Shown: positions 54,076 through 64,000 of the stretch, piece after piece
Layout: every line of letters begins with the position of its first letter
Numbering within the stretch: position 1 is the stretch's first letter
DNA from: Adineta vaga
Taxonomy: Eukaryota; Animalia; Rotifera
Reading direction: 5' to 3'
Assembly (NCBI GenBank): GCA_021613535.1
Contig: CP075493.1
Location: 3,720,001 to 3,784,000, forward strand
DNA length: 64,000 bases
Program-made: the position numbers and the translations under genes
The notes under the pieces: generated by a model
Told to the model about the DNA's origin: nothing
Seen by the model: the letters and a program-made list of their open reading frames with translations, nothing else
Database searches by the model: none

Positions 54076-54873
54076 TTAGAAATATTCAAGTTTTTTCTTG
54101 AATTTAACTTTGCCAGGAGTTACGGTATGTTCATTAATTTTATCTTTCGATTGCTCATTAGTTTCCGAAGATTTTTTTTCCAATAATTGTTCGAAACGTT
54201 TTACCCAAGGATCAACGGTATCATCATCATCATCATCGTCGTCGTCGTCATCATCATTATTCGTCGATGTCTTTATATGATTTGTTCGTGTTAATTTCGA
54301 GACAATACTACTAACAATTGGTATTGATGATTTAACTTTCTGATGCATTGGAGAATGAGATTCTTGAGTTGATCGTCGAGAGGAATTTTCCGTCGTCGAT
54401 ACAAGAAGATTTTTATTTAATGAAGATGATGATGAAGGATTTGTAGAATATTTCATATGACATACATTAGCATAGATTGGATCGGAATCATTTTGTTGTT
54501 GATTAATAGTTGATGAACGCTCTAAACTTGATGCATGATGTTGAGAAGCAAAAGGAATTTGTTTATTTGGCGTTAGATTATTTCCTTCAAGACTTTTGCC
54601 TCTTGACGCACGACGCAAACAAGTTTCATCTTGACGTGAACGTCGTGGTGAAGATAACGAATTAGTATTATAAACATATAAATCATTTTGAACTTCGTGA
54701 GGAGATTTTGTTGTTGATAAAGATGATTCATCATCAATTAATTTCCATGTGAGTGTCAACGTTACCGAATCTGTTGCACCAAAAATATCCCATGACAAAA
54801 CATAACGACAACTTTCTTTAGCCATTGTTCGAAGGAAATTAATAACAGGACGAGGTAATTCAAGGACATCCAT
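54076..54873 (-). CDS. Single-exon uncharacterised protein (265 aa): compact N-terminal alpha/beta domain plus disordered tail
   Basis: Long ATG-initiated ORF in AT-rich DNA. The first 45 aa (LPRPVINFLRTMAKESCRYVLSWDIFGATDSVTLTLTWKL) look folded; the rest is S/D-rich. A 5'UTR acceptor lies at about 54912. Confidence 0.8.
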   Translation of the reverse strand: MDVLELPRPVINFLRTMAKESCRYVLSWDIFGATDSVTLTLTWKLIDDESSLSTTKSPHEVQNDLYVYNTNSLSSPRRSRQDETCLRRASRGKSLEGNNLTPNKQIPFASQHHASSLERSSTINQQQNDSDPIYANVCHMKYSTNPSSSSSLNKNLLVSTTENSSRRSTQESHSPMHQKVKSSIPIVSSIVSKLTRTNHIKTSTNNDDDDDDDDDDDDTVDPWVKRFEQLLEKKSSETNEQSKDKINEHTVTPGKVKFKKKLEYF

Positions 54874-56918
54874 TAGCTTATATCAGTTGTTTCATCAATG
54901 AATATGTACATCTAGAGAAGAAGAAAAAAAATATATTGATACCATATAATTCTCATCATCATTTCGATTCATAGATTTGTTATGAATGCATCTGCTTTTT
55001 TTCTTCTTCTATTTCTCTCTTTTTTCTCATACGTTCTTTCTCTCTTACCCTTAGGAGAACATGTATAGTCTGAGTAAACATAATTTTTTTATCTCCTTCG
55101 ACTAGATTGAAAAATCTCTATTTTTTCCTACTAAAAAATGTGTGTGAATAATAATAACAATCATTAAATATCCTATTGATATTATTTCCGCTACAGCGGT
55201 AATCAGCACAATCTTGATATGATTCTATCTATCCTGAAAACTAAAGCATAATTAGATTGATAAACACCTGTTTGTTTCAGTTCTCTATGTTAATAAAACA
55301 ATAGAGAAGATTTTTGTCTCTACTAATAAAATTTTTTGTATTTCTTGTTCATCATTCTCTCTATCTGTCGTAGAATGTTAATGACAGAAAAATTATTCAG
55401 TTAACTAAAAGAAAAACCTTGAGCTCAACCTTCTTTCAACAAAAAAAAAGAATCTATACAAAGTTATGTTTATGATAGACAGATGAGCACAATAATATGG
55501 CAACTTGATATCAATTTACTCATGCCAATCAAATTCAATGTTTTAATGAGATAGAAACTGAGATAATTTACGAAATTCGAGTATGTGACGACATCCAGCT
55601 ATGTTAAGCAACATTTTTTTAATAGTATGTGTCTATTTATTACAAAGAATGTCACGAGTATCATCCATAAGTATGTAAAAAGTTTTGTAAAGCATTACAG
55701 AAAATTGTTATGACACTGAACGATAATACATTTTCAATGTTTCTGTCACTATTAATAATGTTAACGCATATTAGTTAACATTATCCTTGAAGAAAGAGTG
55801 ATTTTATCGATTTCACATTGTCGTATTTATTTAATGAATCATTAAATTTGTAAGAATTGTCTCTCTCTTGAGAGAGAGGAGAGTTTTGTTCTTACAAGCA
55901 GATAAAACATTCAATTTATCGATAAATTTAAAACAATTATAAATAAAAATGAAATGAATTTCTTTTTACTGATTCATTCATTAAACGATTGAATTTTTCT
56001 CTTTTACAAGCATTGCTTTTTGTATGTTGTTTGTCAATTATACATAATACAAAAGCTGATAATTGCAACAATACACAAGATTATCATTACATGTGTTGAC
56101 AAGATAATCGTTCTTCCTATTCGTTATTATTTCAAGCTATCTATTAGTGTTAATAGTTATTTTGACATCCGTAGGTTTCTTTGTTTTTATTGAATCATAT
56201 TCGCAATGCTTGTATATCAAGTTACTCTTATGGAATTAAAAGTGATCCAATCTAGATTTTGATTTCAATAAACTTAGAAAACATCGTACATTCTTTAAAA
56301 TTTAGTTCTTGATGAAGTTATTCGACTTTATCAATTGAAATATGAATGTAATAAATCAAAATAGCAATTATAATTGAATCGTTGTGAAAGAGTAAAAAAA
56401 CATGCATTAGAATCGTATAGATATTCGTTTTGATTTAAAATGAAAACATTTAACTATTTTTATCTGAGCTATTGAATTTCTAAGAAAGAAAAAAAATCGA
56501 AGAAGATTATCGTAATGAAGCTTAAAATGTATTCATCCTGAAAAGAAGCTGATTATCTTCTTTTTTTTGATTAAAACATAAGATTCTTTCGTCCATATAA
56601 ATAGATTTCTTTTTTGTAATTATGCTTATTTACTAATATTTAAAGGAAAAAATTCAATGGCATAATGCTTTTCCTACTAATAACATCGTGTGTTCTTGAG
56701 AGGAATAAGAAAAATGGTGTGTTTATACTTAACATTGAGTTCAAATTCATGATTTTGAAAAAAAATTCATTTGCTTTATCTTTCTATTGAGTTTATTAGT
56801 TTATTGTGAAAGTATATTCGAAAGAAAACATCAACAACAAGACATACAACGAATAAAAGCTTTCTTTTTCTTTTTCTTTTCCAAGACATTTTGTTTTATC
56901 GAGTGATTCTTTTCTTAT

Positions 56919-58696
56919 TCAAGCATTTGGTGCTAATAAATTCTTCAAAAAATCATCTTGTAAACATCCATTAATGAATTCATCCTTTGTCAATGAATGA
57001 TCGCCATTAACATCGAGTTTATTCATGATTTTTTCCACACGTTTTGATGGAGAATTTTCACCTTTACGATTCTCTTCTCCAAGTAAATCATATATAGCCT
57101 ATTGAAGAAAAACAAACAAGTTATAGATAACACAAAACAAATAATCATACGGTAACGATTTGTTCCATTTCTTTTGAATCAACTCGTCCATTTTTATCAA
57201 TATCTTCAAAATAAAACGAACATTTTGTTTGGGAGCTTTTCGAAACAAAATTTCATGACAAATCGACTTACCATACATATTGAATGCCATATTGAGTTTT
57301 TCTCGAATATCTCCATGAGATGTTACAGATATAGCAATGAGAAATTCAACAAAATCTAAATACAAAGACAACGATGCATTGATGGTTTGTTTGTTTTTTT
57401 CATGAACAAATATGAACTCACCGATTTCTCCTGAATTATCAGTATCAAATGTTTTAAATACATGTGAACAAAATTTATCTGCTTTACCACTTGGATAAAA
57501 TTGTTTATAAACTTCAATAAATTTCTTCTTGTCTAATTTTCCTTTAGGACAATCTTTCTAAAAATGAGTTGATCATATATATATATATATATGTATACAT
57601 AACAGCAAAAAATTGCCCATCAATGTTAAGATTTCCGTTTCTTACACCGGAAATAAGCACTTATGAGTTCAAGTTTTGCCTTTTCATACATATTATTATT
57701 ATTATTATTCTCGAGCTTTTGTTTTCTTACGAAGTTATTAACGCGTTCGTCAAGATTTAGCATATGTATGCATAGGGAAACGATGATATTGATAATGAGT
57801 TCTTTTGATTGTGAAATGAAGCGCAAAAAAAAAAAGAATGTCTCGTCGATTAAGATAAACTGAAGAAATAGTTATGAAAACGATATATTGCATCATATAC
57901 CAATAATATTTTCCAACAAAATATTTATTTTCTTTGTCTTCAATGAAAATCTTGAGAGAACGATATCATCTCATTTATTTGACCTTCTCGTAACGCTATA
58001 TTATCTCTGAGATGAAAATGATGTTTAGATAAAATTGTCTTCGATGTGTTTGTACTTATTAACGTAACAGATGTGCAAAATACTCGGATAGATCGATGAT
58101 TATTGATGTTTTAGAGGAAGTGTATCATTAGACTGGAAGGAATTGATAGCCAAATGTTACAGAAAAATCTCTAATGGTAATAACAATCAACCTTTCTCGA
58201 ATAGATATGTCAACCTTTTTCTTCTTTCTTTTCAAAGCTCATCTATGCATAAACTCTGCTCTTTGAGGTCAATTTATAGAACATATTCTACAAGAAAGAT
58301 AAATTATTGATTAACTTATTTTCATAAACATGTGTAAATAATAATATGTTAATAAGTTCAGTGGAAAATGTGTCATTAGATACTGTTATAAGATTGTGAT
58401 ATCTTTAAGAAATATTTATCAACAAATCAATTATATCATCAATATGTTTCTTTTTTAATGCAATGAAGAACAGAAGAAAAAAACAACTGATTATGAATCA
58501 ATAAACGAACATACTGTTTTATTGATAAAAATGGTGATTTGATTAAAAAGAAAGGTAAATAAACACTTACAAGAAAACCTTGATGCCATTCCATAATTTG
58601 TTGTCGATTAAAATGCGTATTTTTCAATAATAGTTGTACTTCATCTTCTGCTAGATGTGTCGCACGTTTCTTTGATTTTGATGCTTCTGAACCCAT
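56919..58696 (-). CDS. Neuronal calcium sensor family EF-hand protein (NCS-2/neurocalcin-like), 5 exons
   Basis: MGSEAS (myristoylation consensus); WHQGFL|KDCPKG; EF loops [36 protein letters not shown]; ends LLAPNA*. Confidence 0.93.
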
Positions 58697-60008
58697 ATAG
58701 ATGATCGTAGAGTAAAGAGATGTGTAAGTTATTTTCACTTTTGTTAACTTTCTACTTGCTTATAAAGCACACTAAATGAAAATAAAGGAAGTGTCGGCAA
58801 TCACAAGGAGAAAGAGATATCTCTGTCGAAGCCAAAGAAAAAGAGAGCAATAGTTGCAGGAAAAGAAGAAAAAAAAAGCGGAAGAAGAAAAGCAAAATGA
58901 ATGATGGAGAAGAGCGTTACATCTATTCATGTCGACATTATTAGAGTGTTTTCTGTCCAATTTTCGCGAGAAGAAAAGAAACGCATGTCTATTAGTCAAA
59001 GAGTCGAGATATATAATGGCAACGAATAATGTTAGAATATTTTTACTATACTAATTTAATTTCACAGATTTCCATCATCATCATCAACTTAATAGCATCT
59101 AAGACATAACTTTTCCACGAGAATATTAGCTACGAACATATCTGAATAATGTTTAATCAGTTGAATTTTTGATTAATAATATATGAGATTCCATCAAATA
59201 GATTAATGTCGGTCAATTAGCAAATTTTAAACTTTCTATAGACAAAAGACTGATAATGATTAGAATTCGAAAACTCTCTCTAGTTTGATTGATCGATATA
59301 TTTAGCTCATTTGCATATTGTTGCAATTGATGAAAAGATTTCTTTATATCTATATGTTCAATTCATGCTTGAGAGAATTAATATAATTTAAGTATTTTGT
59401 TAATAATTTTATTAGATGAACCAGTTCGTGTTGCTTGACAGAAGAAAAGATTTTTTTTTCTTGTTTCCTTGGAGAATTGATTGTTAGTTCTTTTTCTTTT
59501 AGATAGATAAATAGGTTCTTTTTCTCTCATCTTTGGATTACTCTTTAAAATTCAAATATGAAGATCAATGACTTGTCTTAATGATAATCAAAAAGTTAAC
59601 TATTCTATTGATGTTTTTTAATCGACATGAATAACATACTAAACAGTATTAATGATGCGAAATATTATTTGAAAGAAATCGTTCGATACTATAATGAGAA
59701 CTTGTTGATTATGAATCAATCGGGAGGTTTTTTTTTCTTCATAGGAAAATCTCAACACCTGTTACATTATAAATAATGATTTACAATAAATAAGTATATT
59801 CTTTTTGTTGGACAATAAAATTACTATCAATTTGTCGAGCATACATCTTAATATATTAAATCACTTAAGTATGTTCGACAAGTACTTGAATAAATTCAAG
59901 TCTCTACTAATATTCCTCTCATGTATTCTTTGATATTTTATTAAATTTATATTTTTTGTATTTTTTTTTCGTATTCAAATGATAAATATTATTTTCCAAT
60001 AATAAATT

Positions 60009-62165
60009 TTAATATTCATCTTTACTCGATGGATTAACAATTCCCGCTTCAATTGCTTCAAAGACAGTATAAGCATCTTGATCAGCAGGAATATGAATTG
60101 CATCTTGTAGAGAATAGAATTCTTGTAATTCATCATAATAAATCATATATGCTTCGTAACGTTTTTGTACAATTTCATTTTGATCCGTTGGATGTTGAAT
60201 TAAACGTTGTTTGATTTCATTTGTTGAGACTGAATGATCATGAGAATGAAAACGATTACCTGTTATTGGATCGAATGATCGTTGACTCAAACGTTCGAAT
60301 GCAACATCGAGAGGAATATCCAAAAAGAAAATTCTAAATAGGATGAATTCATTTTTGTATAATTTCGATATTATCTTACCGATTCGGTGTAATGTTTGAT
60401 GTTCGTGCTAAACTTTCTGCTTGTTCACGTGTACGAGGAAAACCAATCATAATCCAACCTTTTGTTGAACAATCTTTTTCATTTAAACGTTCTCGAATTA
60501 ACTGCATTAATAAACTATCGGGAACTATTCATCAAAAATTTATAACTTTCAAAAGAAAAATTGATTATTAATGAAATTACCTAATGATTGTTGAGTTACA
60601 TATGATTTCATACTGTTACCGATCGATGTTTTATTCGCAATTTGTTGTTTTATCAATGTTGGTATTGATACTAAAATGACATAGAATAATACAAATAGTG
60701 TTCTGAAATATCATTATTAGGTTAACGTCAGATCAGTTTGAGAAATTTTTATTTATGTCTTACCAATAGGTATGTCATATTTTCGTGAAAGTTGTACTGC
60801 AACTGTTTTTCGTCCACTACCAGTCGGTCCAAGAATAAGAATTCGTGGAGTACGTGGTGCAATAGAACGTGGTTTTTTACTAACATACGAATACACTTGA
60901 GTAAAAACATCATTCAATGGTTGATCAGCATTGATTGCACGTAAATTTGACTTGAAACAATCTTTAATTCCATCAATATTTCTAATGAAAAAAAAAGAAA
61001 TCTTTGACAACAGACAAAATTATAAAGAAAAACTTTAATTAACCTTCGATATTCTTTTAACCGTGAAATCATCTGTTCTTCAGAATTTTCTTCTAATTGC
61101 ACTAAACGTTCTTGAATTTCATGAGAATTTGGAATATTCCATGTTATATGATAAATATCTAGAAGATCAACAGTATAAAATAAGAAAATTAATTTGAACA
61201 AAATAATCTTCTTTCCAAACCTTTTGTTTTCGAATCAATTCGTTTTCCTGCAGCACGTTCAATCAAAGCTGTATTCAATGCTTCCAAACTTACTATGATA
61301 AATATAAATCTATCAGAAATATATTTAATTCTCGTACTCACCAACATGTTTTGGACATATTCCTTTCGATTGTAATGCTAATGTTTGTTCTCGATTTCTA
61401 GGAAAATCGACTAATATCCATCCACGACGAAAACAATCGAAATCTTTAAATCGTTGTTCATACAAATCTGCCCATAGAGATGCAGAGATATTATCCTACA
61501 CATGAAGTTTAAATACGTATATGACAATTATAGATTTGATTATATACATAAGTTGGATTTGACGATAGTTTATCTTTGAATTTATTAGGAATATTTTGTA
61601 AAAGTTCTTTTGATTCAATTAAAACTGTGTTGAGTTTTTTCTGTAACATTTTAGCAATTGTATGACGACCAGAAGCTGGTGGACCAAGAATTATAATTTT
61701 TGGTGCTATGAAAGAAAACGTCTTATTCGTGATTTGCAATATGAAAACGAACATTTCATTTACCGTCGAAATCCCTTTGAAGTAAATCAATTAGATAGAT
61801 TAATGGATCATCAGGACGATCGATAAGTAACGATGAAATGCATCGCTAAAAATATACGATGAAATGTGATTGATGAGAAAATATATTAGATCAAATATGA
61901 TTTTCAGTTCTGTATCCTATTCATAGAATTCAACATAATTGAGAAAACTAGGACGTGCTAAACTACATTGAATATCTTAATCATATATATATATATATTG
62001 TTATGGAGAAGTATGTGATGATTTTCTCTTCCAATTCATTGATTCAATATCGTTATTTCCATTAGATGAATGTCATTTTACCTGAAATAATTCGAATATT
62101 TCATTTTTTTCTGCATAAAGTGAAAATTCCGGTGAAATTGTCGATGGACGTGTTGTATTATCCAT
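60009..62165 (-). CDS. AK8: Adenylate kinase 8 (N-terminal docking segment plus two AK domains)
   Basis: ISPEFSLYAEKNEIFELFQ|..LLIDRPDDP; PKIIILGPPASG; DCFRRGWILVDFP; RAINADQP; APRTPRILILGPTGSG; KGWIMIGFPRTREQAE; DPITGNRFH; RLIQHPTD. Confidence 0.92.
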
Positions 62166-62212
62166 CGTCTATGTAAAAAGTTATCAATCAATTCATACCA
62201 TTTCAAATTATT

Positions 62213-62226
62213 GCAACTATGGTAAC
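62213..62226. promoter_or_regulatory. Candidate RFX X-box in the AK8 promoter
   Basis: GCAACTATGGTAAC is a 14-bp X-box with one mismatch in the left half, about 48 bp upstream of the ATG of a motile-cilia gene. Confidence 0.5.
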
Positions 62227-62556
62227 AAAATATCGAAAAAGAAAGAGGAAAAATATTGTTCTTTATATGTATAAAAATTTCGTTGAATTAAAATTCATTT
62301 TATTACGAGATAAGAAAAAAAAGAATCATTGTTCTTGTAGATGTCACTGTATCTATATTTTGATAGATGGAATTTTCAATCCATTGTTTCGAAATCGAGA
62401 GAAAAGAAGAGAAATGTGATTGACTGACGAGGCAGGTTGGACAAACAAAAAAAAATACGTTCGATTCGGTGTGTGTTTGTCTGTCAGTGTTGTTGTTTTT
62501 TTTCTATAGCTTTTCATATCTTAGTTCGTTAGTGTGAACATTGAATTTTTTTGTTT

Positions 62557-64000
62557 ATGGATGATTTATCTTTATATCCTCTTTCCAATGGAAATTATTA
62601 TTCCACTGATAATGATAGTGAAACATTTGATGACGAAGAAAACGAAATGATTCAGCAGCAGCAGCAGCAACAACAACAACAACAACAACTACCTATTCAA
62701 AATGAACGTGGTGGACGTCGAAAAGGTGTTCCACGTCGTTTACAATTATCTCCTGAAGTAATCAAAACATCGACACAACGGCTTCTTCCCGTTGCATTGA
62801 CGAAATCTGCTGCTGCTGGTGGTGTTCATCATCATGAACAACCAATTTTAACGTCTGATCAAGAAGATGAGAATGAGATTGAAGATATTTATCAAGCAAA
62901 TCTGAATGAACAAAATTATCTTCAATTAGATTTTTCTTCAACACATTTTGTTGATAATAATAATAATCTTGAAGAGAATGAAGATGTCTTGGAAATAGTC
63001 GATGATATTCTAGCTGATATTGTAACAATTATTGTTAAAGATATTAAAGAACAACGTAGAAAAGTAACGATCAAAACAAATGGACATTTTCATCCAAAAA
63101 AACAAAGCAATGAAAATCAAAAAATACCGAATGGAAAACATTATACAAATGGTCATAGGTAAATAATAGACAAGCATCATTCCGGTTTTTTAGAAAAAAA
63201 AAGCTTCTTCTCTCTTGTCTATCTTATGAGGCAATGTATTCAGTTTCAATTGTTTCTGATAAGTAAACATCAAGGTTGCTCAAAGCAAATATGTTTTGAA
63301 TGGCGTCTAATGAAACGTTTCGATTCTATTGATACATTTACGGCCGTTTTTTTTTTGCCAAGTTATTATAAGCAATCAATATACGAATAATTTTTGTTTT
63401 AGTACTCGAACTGAACCATTAACAGCGACAAAATTATCTGATCCTTCGGCATTATTTAATGATTTAACTAAAACAATGCAATTCAATTCTCAACAACAAT
63501 TAGTTAAACATAAATTATCACCATCATCATCATCATTTTCTTCACCACCATCAGTTAAACGACAAAAAACATCAGAATCATCAGTACCATTATCAATGCA
63601 ACAACAACATCAACAACTTTTATGGGAAATGACACAACAATTGATGATGTCATCAGCATCACCTGAGAATGATAGTCTTGGATCACTTAATTCTTCTCTA
63701 CTTAAACAACAATTACTTGGTGTTCCTCAGCTGGATAGCAATCCTAAACGAGCTAATCGTCCATCAAAACCTCAAGCACAATCACCTGGAATGACAACAA
63801 ATACAAGTATGATTCCACCAACATCTCATACTTCAACAAGTCCATTGTCATTTGAACGTGGTAATTTTGCTCCAAGACGACGTGGACGACCACCAAAATA
63901 TGTTACAGATCGAGGATTAGCTGGTCTTTCATCGCTTGATCTCGATCCATCCTCATTAACATCATCATATGATCAACTTTTTGCCGCTATTGAAAATGGC
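62557..64000 (+). CDS. Low-complexity nuclear protein with AT-hook; 3' end lies outside the window
   Basis: Exon 62557-63158 splices in phase 2 to an exon from 63403 that stays open to the window end. AT-hook PRRRGRPPK at about 63872-63898; acidic and poly-Q N-terminus. Confidence 0.75.

Noticed and set aside
55755-55785. Perfect 11-bp inverted repeat ATAATGTTAAC/GTTAACATTAT
   Set aside because: At this AT content roughly one such repeat is expected per window by chance, and no other element features are present.
1-64000. Horizontally acquired genes, transposase/RT ORFs, CRISPR arrays
   Set aside because: All recognisable genes belong to animal families with spliceosomal introns. No transposase or RT motifs or regularly spaced repeats were seen. 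The origin of the orphans cannot be judged without a search.

Overview
Very AT-rich animal genomic DNA with compact genes split by many short GT-AG introns (mostly about 45-65 nt). Composition, intron size and gene style resemble a bdelloid rotifer; this is an inference and was not tested. Splicing exons by hand gives about 21 protein-coding genes and one tRNA. In order: 3' part of an Rx homeobox gene, GIGYF, CENP-S, Frizzled-5/8, nanos, a small orphan, a divergent GluN3-like NMDA receptor subunit, hexosaminidase D, UBE2N, a tail-anchored golgin, OARD1/TARG1, an Eomes/Tbr1-class T-box gene, an ABRA/Costars protein, a C16orf89-like protein, a coiled-coil orphan, an Arf6-like GTPase, tRNA-Leu(UAG), two disordered orphans rich in short linear motifs, a neuronal calcium sensor, adenylate kinase 8 and the 5' part of an AT-hook protein. 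I saw no CRISPR array, rRNA, transposase or clearly foreign (HGT) gene. The most notable observations are: (1) a GluN3-like subunit that lacks the ligand carboxylate-binding Arg and has a Lys in the M3 gate (IYTAKLAAF); (2) an orphan scaffold gene of about 700 aa with alternative first and last exons, a pTyr-motif cluster, an array of LC8-type TQT-like motifs, an RVxF motif and a splice-dependent PDZ-binding tail, next to a second orphan that shares PxYAN and RVxF motifs; (3) AK8 with Arg at both Walker A Lys positions; (4) very tight same-strand gene pairs with splice acceptors just before the ATG, suggesting operon-like or trans-spliced units or 28-30 nt micro-introns; (5) a GC-rich intergenic hairpin upstream of Frizzled. 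Gene names come from recognised motifs, not from database searches.
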